Shown one piece after another: positions 1 to 12,911 of a DNA stretch of 64,000 bases. Under the pieces are notes generated by a model. It ran no database searches, was not told the DNA's origin, and saw nothing but the letters and a program-made list of their open reading frames with translations. Source of the DNA: the human T2T-CHM13v2.0 reference genome, Homo sapiens; assembly GCF_009914755.1 (NCBI RefSeq), contig NC_060925.1. One strand, 5' to 3'. The translations under genes were made by a program, and so were the position numbers. How positions within the stretch are numbered: the first letter of the stretch is position 1; each line of letters opens with the position of its first letter.

Positions 1-599
1 ATTTGCATCACAATTTAAACTTATCATCTATAGATAAAGAGATTTGTTATTCACCTCAAAATCTGAGTTAGTTGCATAGTTGACCCACAGGAATGTATCA
101 GCTTTAACTGAAAAGACCAAAAAAAAAAAAAATTCTAAGGTGTTTGTTCATGAACTGTTTGTACAAATATACTGGATATATACCATTTATTCCCAGTTCT
201 CATCCTCCTCTGCAACGCTTGACACTTTGGGCTACTTCTTTTTCTCAAACTTGGTTGGTTGTGTATCTGTTTTTGTGACAATGAATTTACACAACTTCTC
301 TTGCTGTTTCTTTGACCCCTCCTTTGCCCTTGCCTGTGGTCATTCTCTAAATATTTCCTTAGTCTTCTGCTCTTCTCCCTTTGCAATCACTGTCTATAAT
401 CACTCACCTATAATTTGGCTTCAACTTGTCCTTTCTGTGAAACATGCTCAGATCTGTATACCTAATCCTGATCACTCCATCTGTGTCTTTTCAATCTCAT
501 CCTCCTCCATTTCCTTGAGCTTCATTTTGCTTGTATTTTCAATCTGCTTCTCTTCTCTGGCTCCTTTCCCTTGAGCTACATGTGCCTTTGCAATTCCTC

Positions 600-2410
600 C
601 TTGACCCTGCTTCTTCCTTAAGGTGTTTTCTCATTGCTCCCTTTTCCTTCACCACCAAACTTTTTGAAAGAGTACTCTCTGCTGCCTGGCTCTAGTTCTC
701 CCCCCATTCCTCTTCAGTTCTTTGCATGTTGACTTCCGATCTCTCTTCCTGAACTTTTACTTCAGTAACACTATCTTTGATCCCCTTCCAACAATGCCTC
801 TCTGTGGCATCTCACACTCTTGTAACTCTCTCCCCACGACTTCCTTTACATAATGCTTCTTGGTTTCTATCAAATCTTTCCTCAAATATTTTCTTCTTTT
901 TGCTTTCTGTCTTTGAACATTTTTCAAAAAATTCTACCATCCTTAAAGGTCTTTATCCAGTTTCAAAGTTAACAAATATTTATTGAGTGCCAAGGACTGT
1001 CCTGGCTCTGGGGATGCAGAAATAAACCAGACCCTCACTGGCTCTGGGTACTTACAGTCTAGCTTAAACAAACCCTGCTATAGAGGGACTTGTTACATAG
1101 CCCTACTATATGATCCCACATCTCCGCTGTCCAACTCTCACTGGATACATCCATTTGGATGGCTATTTCTTTCTCTCCATCCAAATCTACCTCTTCTTAC
1201 CATCATTGTCCCCACCTCCATTATTATTTAGGCACGGTCCTCGTATCTCACGGTAGATGCAGGCAGAAGCTAAATCCTGTAAATTCTGTTTCCAAATGCC
1301 TCTAATTTGTTTCTTTTATCTTATTATCACCAAACTTTCTTTGTTCAGGTCTACATCATTACTATTTTTACAATAGCTTAATAATTAATGTTCTTGTCTC
1401 TGTCCATTCCAGACCATCTCACATGCGAACTCAAACTAATCTTTTTAAACATTATTGTTTATGTCATCCCCCTTCTCAAAAATGTTCACTAACTCTTTCC
1501 ACTGCTTACAAAAGGATCTCCAGACTTCTTAAAATGATGTGGAAAGACTTGAGACTTTGTAGTCAGAAAGCTTGGGTTGCATTTCCAATCTGCCACTTAT
1601 TCACTCTGTGACCTTGAATAATCTCACTGGGCTTCAATTTTCCCATCCATCAATTGGGATTAATGACTAGTTATAAAGACCAAATACATGTGAAAGTGCT
1701 TTATATTTTTAAAGTCCTATAATGAATATAACCTTTTTTCCTTTTTTTTTTTAATTTAGAGATAGTTACCAAATTACAAATAGCTTCAGCTTTGGAGTTA
1801 AGTAACAACCTGGTTTGAAATTTCAGCTCCATTACTTATTATCTGTGAGACTTTGAACAAATTAGTAAAACTCTCTGAGACTGTTTTCCCCCCATGTCAA
1901 AACACCTATTTTGCATGGCTATATGGAAATTAAATGAAATAGCAAATATGAAAAACTTTTGGCCCAGTGTATAATTCATATCAGGCACTGATCTGTTTTC
2001 TTTTTGCCCTAACCTACTTTTCCTGCATCATATACCACTACACCTCTTTACAAACCTTATTAATAGAGCCACTCTAGACTACTTTATTTCCCCAAGCCAT
2101 ACAATGTACTTTTGTGTTTTTTCTTCAGCTACATGCTCTTTCCTTCCCTATCAAAATTGTACTCAATCTTCAAGGTGCAGTTAAAATATCCAGTCCTCCA
2201 TAAAACCCTTTGTACTCCACAACTAGTGTGTTAATCACTTCTTCCCATGCATTCTTAGCCTGTATATTTTATCACAATATTTATTTGAATCTGGTTTATA
2301 TTCTGCTTCTCCCACCAGATTATAGGGTCTTCAAGAACAAGGTGGGAGTTATATTCATCTTTATTTCTCCCACATCATAGTCAGGACACTAGACAGTTAT
2401 TGAATGAATG
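600..2410. mobile_element. Degenerate L2 and MIR fragments
   Basis: L2 3' motifs (CAAATATTTATTGAGTGCC at about 973; TTGAATGAATG at about 2400) and MIR cores (about 1555-1710 and 1790-1990, e.g. TCTGTGACCTTG...CTTCAATTTTCCCATC). Confidence 0.6.
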
Positions 2411-2574
2411 TAGAAATCAGATGCTGTCTTCTCTTTCCACTTTCTATAGGACACCACTTCTACAAATGCCTGCCCAAACATGTGCAAAAGCAAGCACATC
2501 TTCTCTAAACAGCTCCCTTTCAACTCCACTGTTTTTGACAGTGACACTCCCCTAACCCTACTCTGAGGCTAAAC

Positions 2575-2736
2575 TTTTTTTTTCCTTTTCTTGAGGCAGG
2601 GTCTCACTCTGTCACCTAGGCTGGAGTGTAGTAGTGTCATGGCTCACTGCAGCCTCAGCCTCCTGGGCTCAAGTGATCCTGCCACCTCAGCCTCCCAAGT
2701 AGGTAGGATCACAGGTGTGCACTACCACACCTAGAC
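2575..2736 (-). mobile_element. Alu half (old J-type/FRAM monomer)
   Basis: Poly-T followed by GAGGCAGGGTCTCACTCTGTCACCTAGGCTGGAGTG... Confidence 0.85.
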
Positions 2737-3505
2737 AACATGAAAAAAAAAAGTTTCATATATATGCATTCTCTCTGAAACTCTTAAAGCTTAATAAGGA
2801 GATGTTCTCTTTGTCCTTAAAAGCCTATTTATAATACAGATACATGTAGTGTACTATAAATAACTATTTAAATATGGGCTACAGATTAGCATATTTTATG
2901 ACATATCACACTGGTATTTATATCCAATTAAATTTCTCTCAGCCACGTATGTAATAAACTAGTTACATGGTTCATTACTAGTTGAAGACTGACCAAGCCT
3001 GATAAAGATGATAAAAGACACTAACATTATATAACACTTCATACTATAAAAAGTACTTTCACACAACTCTCATTTGATTTTGAATCCTGTGTGTTACATA
3101 ATATTTCTATATCTGAACTGAAGAAAATGAGGCTTGGAGAGTGACTTGTCTAAGTAAAAAAAAAAGCTGGGACTGGAACCTACAACTCTTACTACACATT
3201 CAATTCTGTTTATGCTACCACAGAAGCCTGTAGCAATAAACTATTACTGAAATAATGTGTGCTCTACTCGTCTATTTAGCATAAGTCTATAAACATAAAT
3301 GTTACATGAAAAAGCAAAGTTATAGTTTTTTCAGGAGAGACAAGATAAGGGTCAGTGACACTGTGACAACTTGGGACATTTTTTGCCAGCCAGCTTTTTC
3401 AGACGGATAAACTTGTTAAGGTCAAGATAAATTTAGGCACCATAATAAATCTTTAAATCAACAGTAAACTGACAAAAAAAAACAAACCCACCACTTCATA
3501 AAGTA

Positions 3506-3801
<296 letters not shown>

Positions 3802-4186
3802 TGAAGAAAATTTAATTAAAATACTGTTTTTAATCAAAGAAATTTTGTTTTGACTAAATTTAGTAGCACTGAAAAACAAGTGTCTACACTTCAGAAATTA
3901 AAGAACCAGTAAGTTGTCCTGCAGAAAATGCTAAATGAAAAAATAGCATAATAAACTGTAATGTCTTCTTGAGAGCAGCATATAGGGCTCAGACAGAACG
4001 TTTTAAGAAAACACTGTCAACAAGCCAGTTGCCATCATATGTATCAAGAGTAATGAATCTGATGAACCAAAGTGACAAAATGGATTTCAACAGTGTCTTG
4101 TTTAGTTTTTAGAAATTCCAACATCCCACTATTTATAGTATAGCCTCTTCTTCCACATGACAGTATGACAGACTCAGTTTTTTTAC

Positions 4187-4565
4187 TTTTTTTTTTTTTT
4201 ATCTTTTTTGAGACAAAGAATCTTGTTCTGTCACCCAGGCTGGAAGTGCAGTGGCACAACCGCAGCTCACTGCAGCCTTGACCCCCTGGCTCAATCGATC
4301 CTCCCACCTCGCCCTCCAGAGTAGCCGGGACTACGGGTGCCTGCCACCAAGCCTGGTGAAAAAAAAACCCGTGTTTCATATTGTCATATAGAAGAGGCTA
4401 TACTATAAACAGTGGGATGTTGGAATATATATTTATATATATAAATATATATTATATATATATAAATATATATTATATATATATAATATATATTATATAT
4501 ATATAAATATATATTAATATATATAAATATATATTATATATATATAATATATATAAATATATATT

Positions 4566-4596
<31 letters not shown>

Positions 4597-4730
4597 TTTT
4601 TTTTTTTTTGTAGGGACGGGTCTCACTATGTTGCCCAGGCGGGTCTTGAACTCCTGGGCTCATGTGATCCCCCTGCCTCAGCCTCCCAAAGTGTTGGGTT
4701 TACAGGTATGATGAGCCACAACGCCTGGCT
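4187..4730 (-). mobile_element. AluJ split at its central linker by an inverted copy of flank plus an AT-rich repeat
   Basis: Right arm 4187-4357, left arm 4596-4730. Confidence 0.85.
4425..4595. repeat. Pure A/T low-complexity tandem repeat (ATATATAAATATATATT-like units)
   Basis: About 170 bp with no G or C. Confidence 0.95.
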
Positions 4731-5805
4731 GACACACTTTTTTTTTTTTTAAATGCAATTTCTGTTTAGACCTTGACACCTGTTGATATTACTAGTCACT
4801 ATGGAAAGAAGCAAAAACAGTTGCTTAAGATGCTCTAACACTTTTTTTCCCCTGTAGAAGCCAACATGGAATACAACATGAAAACTGTCTAAATGGGAAC
4901 CTTCTAATATAGCTCATTGTATGCCATGCATTTCCACTCCATTTCCACTATGTTGGAACTGACTTCTGCTTTCCTACTTAGCCATTAGGCGACTTAGTTG
5001 CCTCTAGGCAAGTAACTTCTCTGAAATGTTTCATTTTCCATGAAGTTTAAAAAAAAAAAGGTGGAGGACTTTAGAGAGCTTTGAACCGAATAAGGTCTAT
5101 CAGACATCTTGAAAAGCTTTTTCTCCAGACGACGCAGAAACAGGCACACGGGGTTCTGCTTTCCCCACCTCCCACCCCCAAGCCCAGGTCCCATTCTTCT
5201 CACTTTCAATCCTCATTTGGGCTCCTAAAGGAATAGCAAAGAGAGTTATTTTATCAATACCAGCGCTCCTCTGTCCCCAAATCCAGCTAGGGAAGGTTTC
5301 GGAGGCCTCAGCTACTTGAGAGAGGGTAGAGACGATCCTTCCTCGCCTATCTACCCAGCCACCCACCCCTTCCCAGATGTAGCGTCCGGGCCCCAGACCA
5401 AGCGCGTGCTTGGAGCTCTCCGGTACAGTGAGGCGCGCGCTTGCCTGGCTAGGGTCCCTGTGAAGGAATGGGATCCCGAGGTGCTTGCCAGGACCGTAGC
5501 AGGCGGAAGCTGCTGGCAGCGCGAACGGGCGGCTCCCGCCGGCGTGGGTGGGGGAAGGGCGGCAGCCACACCCGGAAGTCGGTCCGGGAGGGAGGGGGAA
5601 ATCTGAGGGAACGAGGCTTCCGGTGGCGCAAAGGGTGTCGGGAGCGGCTTCCTGCAAACCTTCCCTGGCATCTGGAGGGACCACCGTTGCCGCGTCTTCG
5701 GCTTCCACGATCTGCGTTCGGGCTACGCGGCCGCGGCGGCAGCCACTGCGACTCCCACTGTGCCTGGCTCTGTCCATATTAGTTCCCAGGCGGCCGTCGC
5801 CGTTC

Positions 5806-5835
5806 CAGCAGCGGCAGCGGCAGCGGCAGCGGCGG
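5806..5835 (+). repeat. (GCAGCG)4-type GCN repeat in DR1 5'UTR; second GCG/GCA tract at 5903-5924
   Basis: CAGCAGCGGCAGCGGCAGCGGCAGCGGCGG read directly. Confidence 0.9.
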
Positions 5836-5837
5836 AC

Positions 5838-5846
5838 ATGTTGTGA
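5838..5846 (+). other. Minimal upstream ORF (Met-Leu-stop) in DR1 5'UTR
   Basis: GAC ATG TTG TGA, purine at -3. ORF is seen directly; translation is inferred. Confidence 0.6.
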
Positions 5847-5870
5847 GGCGGCGGCGCGGGTGTCTGAAGG

Positions 5871-5942
5871 ATGGTTTGGCCGAGGCGGCGGCAACGGCTG
5901 CTGGCGGCGGCGGCAGCGGCAGCGGGGCCTCGGGCTCTATAG
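5871..5942 (+). other. 23-aa upstream ORF MVWPRRRQRLLAAAAAAAGPRAL* in DR1 5'UTR
   Basis: AGGATGG optimal Kozak (-3 A, +4 G); TAG at 5940-5942. Below the ORF-track length cutoff. Confidence 0.65.
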
Positions 5943-6366
5943 AGCCGAGCCCGCTGGGTACCCGCCCGGTACCGCGGCGAGGCCAGTGCCCCTGGATCTT
6001 GCCTCTGCTCCGACGCCGTTGGGGACCAGTTAGGCGACAGCGCCCGCCCCTCTGAGGAGACACGAAGGTGGTTCCCCAGCCGCTCAAATTTCCGGACCAC
6101 CGCGCTTTCCCCTCCTCAGCCTGGGCTGTGCTCTCTCTAGAATCCTCGGGCCCCCACTTTCTTCCCAAACTCATCCTAAATCTCTCACACACGCGAGTGT
6201 TCCCAGCCCTCAAGCCAGCTGCTCCTCCGTTCATTTTCTGCACCCTCTTCGCAAAGCACCCCCCGGGATCACTCTCCGAGGGCGACTTTTTGAGAAATCT
6301 CGGTGGAGTAGTGGACCAGAGCTGGGGAGTTTTTAAAAGCCGGGGCGCGAGAAACAGGAAGGTACT

Positions 6367-6586
6367 ATGGCTTCCTCGTCTGGCAACGATGATGATCTCA
6401 CTATCCCCAGAGCTGCTATCAATAAAATGATCAAAGAGACTCTTCCTAATGTCCGGGTGGCCAACGATGCTCGAGAGCTGGTGGTGAACTGCTGCACTGA
6501 ATTCATTCACCTTATATCTTCTGAAGCCAATGAGATTTGTAACAAATCGGAAAAGAAGACCATCTCACCAGAGCATGTCATACAAG
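6367..6586 (+). CDS. DR1: DR1 (NC2-beta) coding exon 1, histone-fold (H2B-like) domain
   Basis: ATG in strong context (ACTATGG). Translation MASSSGNDDDLTIPRAAINKMIKETLPNVRVANDARELVVNCCTEFIHLISSEANEICNKSEKKTISPEHVIQ matches DR1/NC2-beta. Donor AAG|GTAAGT at 6586/6587; 220 nt, phase 1. Confidence 0.98.
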
Positions 6587-9500
6587 GTAAGTCGTGTGTG
6601 AGAGCTGGTTTGAATGAGGTTCTAGGGTAGCAGTCTGCTAATCGCGTGACCCTTTCGTGTCAAAGCCTCCATTCCTCTTCCCTGGTAAGTAACTTAATGA
6701 AAAAGCCAGACTGGCATGTAGGCAGCCGGTGCTTTAAAAACAATCCCTTTGTAGCATTTTTGCAGTACTTTTCATCCAGCGAATACATGTAAGGAGTGCA
6801 AACATTTAGGTCAGCGTCCCCAAAACGTAAAGAATAAGAGTGATCTCACTTTACAGCCAGGTAAGCCGAAGCAACAAGAATTACTTGCCTGAAGTTGAAC
6901 TTAGATAATAATTAAGGAACGCAGAAATTCTCCTTTGGAAAGTTAAAATTCAGACGGAGGAACTTCAACGTGGGTGGAGACAGAGCACCCCCTTCCCCAC
7001 CTGACCTTTCACCAATGTAGAGGAAAAGATTTATTTTCTGAACACATGAGTTAAAAAATTCTTAACATACAATGTGTTCAACGTTGTCAAGTTTATCGTT
7101 GTTAAATAAAAGGTGTATGTTTTCTGCTCTAAAAATGGTTTGATGGTACGTTCATGAATGAGTTACCAAATAACTCCTGTTCCATTCTGTAAGAATAGGG
7201 TGAACTTTAAATTTTCGTTTTTTTCTTTTCGTTTGCTTTTATGTCGTTTGCTTTGTTCTATTCTGTGGAGATAAGTTTTGAAATCTTTGATTGAAAGTTT
7301 ATGCAAGTTTTTTTTTTAACGGAAAATTTCCCCGTCCTTTCCTGCTGTCATTCCTATTTGAATGTATACACTTAGGCTTTTATGGAACAGCACTTCTGAA
7401 AACTTCAACAGTTTCTTTTATCCTGGAAAGGATTTGGTCCCGTAATAGGGATTTGGGGGACTGTATTCTGGTGGTTTCAGAGAGGAGAAACATATTTACT
7501 ATTCATAATGTTTCGGGAACGTACCTTTTGCGATATTTTTACATGTACTCTTGTGAAAGAGTTGTACTCAATTTGAGGTGAGAACTTGCCTTTCGTAATA
7601 ATCTAATTAAAGTTATTGATTGCTTGTGAAATCAGGGAAAAATGATTAATTTTAATCATTTTGATAGGCAGGTGGTTGTCTATCACTTAATTTTTATAAT
7701 TTAACTTTTTAAAATGTGACTTTCCTGTTGTACTGAAGTAGAGAACACATCTGCTTATATTGACCATATCCAATATTTTACTCTCAGTATTGACAAAAGG
7801 ATTAAATGATTCATTTTTAATCCTTTATGACGTCTTGAAAGTAGTTTTAAAATATATCCTGCCATTTCAGTACACAAGCAGAAAAATCCCTAGGAAAAAG
7901 CATATTTGATTCTTAAAACTAGTACTAGTTTTTTTTTTTTCTACTTGTTTGGTGTGCTGAATACTCTAGCAAGTAAAATGAAAGCCAAGTTGTCTATTTT
8001 TTCCCTTGTGTATTTATTTTTACATTGTATGTGTGATTGCTGTCATAAGTCTTTCACAAGATTATCCAGCACAGATAGCTATAATTTCTTTTTACAACTC
8101 TTAAAAAGGAAAAAGAACCTTTATCAACATTGCCTTTCTAATGAAAATTGCAAAAGATTTCAACAGGGTCTGCCTAAACATTTGTTTACACTACAGAAGT
8201 GGGGATCGTTCCAAAAACCTAATAACACATTACAGTCTGTCTTCTTGGGGAGAGTTGATTCTTTTCTAGGATATATTTAGATTTCTGATTGACATGATGG
8301 AATAGAAGTGCAGCTGTAGCAAGCAGTATGCTAAATAATTCAACTTTGGAATATGCTAAATTCAGTTTAATGTGTGAGTCAGAAAGCTATAGTGAAAAAG
8401 CATTTCCATTGTGTAATGAAGATGATTTGTTTTTAAAAATCATGTATTGACGTGTTACCTTAAATTTAAAAATTTACCTTTTTTTCTTGTATTATGCTAT
8501 TCTTAAAAGTGGTTAAGAATCTACATTTTCGCCCAAGAATTCTCCCTAGTTGGGGTTGTAGACTTTATACATTTGTAATCTCATATTGCTTAATTATTCC
8601 AAAGAAGTTTTGTTTTGAGAGATTACATTTTTAAAGAAATTCTTAAGGTTTATATGTTTTAGGTGTTTGAAGTGTGTGCCTATACACTAATCATAATAGG
8701 ACATTTTTATACTTTTCTGTCAGCATTGATTAGGAATGTAGAATATATCCAAATGGAATAAGTAATGTACATTTTAAAGTGATATGATTCTCACATGTTG
8801 AAGTTTGGGTTTTTAGTGATAAGTTTAATGAATTAGACTTTGCTTCAGGACATTTCACTTGTTCATTTCTCACCTTGCTTTATCTTGTCTGAGCAAATTA
8901 AGCATTCTGAGATAGTTCTGTAAAATGCAAGTTAAAGTTGAACTAATTTTATCACCAGTATATCTATGAAATAACTTATTTAAAAAAATTTTTTTTTCTG
9001 TTTTGCTTATTTTGAGTTTAAGAAAGTAGACTTGGTATTGAAGACCATAGATACATGAATAGAGGGAGTTCTAAGCTATAAAAGGTGTTCCTATTTTGTT
9101 GCAGTTTTTTGTGAACACGTATTCTTGAATGAGTTCTAACATGTTCTGTTGCCTTATAGAAAGAATTGACATTGAGAGTCAGCTGTAAGTTCCGCACTGA
9201 GAATTCTTTAACCTTAGGGAAATCTTTTAACTAAGGTTTTCTTATTTGTGTACAAATAATACTTGATTTCAGGTATTACTTGTAATTTTTGAGAATTAGT
9301 CAGGGGTTGAGAACCTTACATGAAATATCTCCCCTCACATTTATGAGAATTGTAACTGAAAGTAGTAAAAGTTTGAAAGAGTATCTGAGAATTTGCGTCT
9401 TCAGCTGTTGAGTTGCTCCAAGCTGTCTTACGTTGAAGGAATTTTTAAAAAATTCCTGTCCTTCTCACACTAGTAGCTTTGTAAGATAACATGAAAATAG

Positions 9501-11111
9501 ATCACTGGAAAAGATGAGGGAAAGACCAACACTCAATTTTTTACTATTTGATTCAATAGACATAAAATTATTTTGTCAAATTGCAATGAAGGTACTTAAA
9601 TGCTTTGAATTTCCATACTTAACTAATGTTAACCATTAGGAGCAGTTTTGGCACAAGTCCATGGACCACAGTTTGAGAACCTTTGCTCTAAAGCCTAAAC
9701 CAGTCTCTGTTGGAAAGTGGACGTAAGTAGTAAATAATCGTTTATACAGATATTTTTTCCGAAGGGACACATCTAATTTGCACTGCAAAATTTATCACAT
9801 AATCAAATGCTTTTCAAGTTAGGATTTTATTAATACTTTTCTTTAAATTAATATATCTTTTATTTCTGTTTTCCTTCTGCCACCCCACAATTACTTATTG
9901 AATACTACCAATTATTTGGCATCATGCTAGGTACTACTAAGGATATTAAGATAAATGATACTCAATTCCTTCTCTGCCATTAGTCTCTCATTGTTGTCCA
10001 AGATTTCCAGTAGTGATACCATGGAGGACATGGTTCTTAAGGGGTTTCAGAAACCTTTGCCAGGCTAATGAGCCAAGAAGTCACTTTGGCCTACATCCTC
10101 TTAATGTATTTTATGTGAAATACATTAGTTGCTTCCTTCCCACAAACAAAAGAAAATGGAGAAATTAGAGAATGCTGATTTATATAGTATTTAAAAGGTA
10201 CTGTATATCACGTAATTTTACAAATGAAAAACATGTTTTATGCATATGAAGTATAAAGTGAGTCACATAAATTCATGTTATGACAGAACCTTTCAGGAGT
10301 ACATCACTTTGTAAAATAAGATAAGCCTATATGAAGATTATTGTTGCTTCAAAGAAATTTTTACTTCTTTTTTGTTTTTTTAATAGCTGTCTTGTTAACA
10401 TCTGTCTTTTAAGCTGAAAAATGTGCAAAGTATTTTTTCCCCTAATGTACACCATGGACTTTTCTGGTTGTAGTTTTGAGATACACGGCATAGGGTGACA
10501 GATAGTGATGTGTGTTAATTTTACTCACAAATTTTTAAAAAAATATTTTTCTGTTTTGGAAAGGTGAGATCCTTAGAAATAGGGCCATGAATAGTCCATA
10601 AGGTCTCTGTACAAATTAGAAAAAGGCACTCCTTCCTTAAAAAGCATTACTACTGTCTGCCAGAAAAAGTATCACAGTAAACATACGAATTTATGGTATT
10701 TACAATAAGAATGGCCCTCTAGTATGTTGTGTACTGAACAACCTACCTAACTGTATGTAAATGGTGGCCCTGCTTGGGAGCCATTTCCTTTATCCTTTAA
10801 TATTCTCTTTGTGTAAAATGGGAATGATAACTAATACATGATAGCAAATAATGTAAAATATCTCTCTATTTAGAAGGTATTATGTCCAGTTATTGATATC
10901 TGTTAGCCCAATGTGTTTAAAATTAAAGTCAATGAAATTTTTGAAATTAAATTTATGGCTGCTCCTTTTCAACCATTTTGTTGAGAGTATAGTTTTTACG
11001 TATGGCAACTCTTTGAATAATATTAAATATTAACCTTGGACCTACTTGAAAGCAGTGTTCTCAGCCTTAAATGTTTTTAAAGGTAGTTATATATTTAAAA
11101 AAAATTCTTAA

Positions 11112-11457
<346 letters not shown>

Positions 11458-11737
11458 GCTTGGATATCCTTAATGTCTAGTATAGTAACTATGGTATTTT
11501 GAAGGGTTGTCTCTCCATTGTGTTGATTTGTTAATTTTATAAATTTGATATTTTATAAATATGCTTGTCCAGCTTGTATTTAAATATGATATTGTATAGC
11601 TATACATTTATTTAGGTCCTGTACACTTATGAGGGTACTCTTTTAAATTTAAAATAAAAAATACAGATGAGAAATACATAGTCTGAGTTGGTTAAGTGAT
11701 TCTTAGGTGCTAGACACTGTCAAACGCCTTATATTAA

Positions 11738-12090
<353 letters not shown>

Positions 12091-12612
12091 ATGTTGGTGA
12101 ATTTGATATGCAGAACTTAGAATAATGCCTTTCTGAAGTTTTTAGGGAGGTCAGGGGAAGTGAGTTAACTTAATAATAGGACAGTACTATGCTTTTTGGC
12201 ATCAGATTATTTCTAAAGAAGGTTGATGAAAACAGCTTAACATTTGAAATACTTAAAGTTGTAAATCATTCAAAATGTCTAAAAACCACAGTTTGCATGG
12301 GCATGTAGATTTGTAAAGGTGTTTTTGGCATTCTCCCAGAAGAGCAAATCCCTGAAGTTAGAAGTGAGAGCATGTATACTAAAAGGAGTCTGGTTCAACA
12401 TAATGATTGAAAGACTTCAAGAACTGATGACTTAAATTGATTTACTGTTTTTTGCCACCTATGTTTCATCATTGGTTCACAATACAAAATATGCCTTTGG
12501 GGCATTAGTCAATATACCAAAACTATAAAATATAATTTTAAATACTATGACCCAAAAGGAAATTTTATGCCTTGTCTTTTCTGGATTACAGAAGGTATTT
12601 AGGGTGTGTGAA

Positions 12613-12911
12613 TTTTTTTTTTTTTTTTGAAACAGGGTCTTGCTCTGTCATCCAGGCTGGAGTACAGTAACGCAGTCATGGCTCGTGACATCCTCAATCT
12701 CCTGGACTTAAGCAATCCTCTCACCTCAGCCTCCTGAGTAGCTAGAACCATAGGCACGACCCATCACACTCGACTAATTTTTTTACTTTTTGTAGAGACG
12801 AGGTCTTGCCATGTTGCCCGCGGTGGTCTTGAACTCCTGGACTAAAGGGATCCTCCCACCTTGGCCTCCCAAAGTACTGGAATTACAGGCATGAACTACC
12901 ATGCCTAGCCC
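12613..12911 (-). mobile_element. AluJ in intron 1
   Basis: Dimeric Alu with J-type CAGGGTCTTGC and CTCAATCTCCTGG motifs. Confidence 0.9.

Larger units (their letters stand above)
5300..6660. promoter_or_regulatory. DR1: CpG island / TATA-less promoter and 5'UTR of DR1
   Basis: Sharp rise in GC and CpG content against AT-rich flanks. ETS/GABP-type cores GCGGAAG (5503-5509), CCGGAAGT (5572-5579) and CTTCCGG (5617-5623, opposite strand); GC boxes GGGCGG at 5527 and 5557; GCGCGCGC at 5433. The exact TSS cannot be read from sequence (probably about 5600-5650). Confidence 0.9.

Noticed and set aside
80-574. 164-aa hydrophobic ORF
   Set aside because: Starts at TTG; Phe/Ser/Leu richness reflects pyrimidine-rich, L2-like DNA; no family similarity.
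5100-6510. Long overlapping ORFs on both strands (264, 243, 161, 125 aa) including poly-Ala and RC repeats
   Set aside because: Expected stop-codon scarcity in a CpG island; low-complexity translations of the GCN repeats; no recognisable domain.
6587-6630. C-terminus GKSCVRAGLNEVLG of the 87-aa ORF as the DR1 end
   Set aside because: It is read-through past the exon 1 donor; the real frame continues in exons 2 and 3.
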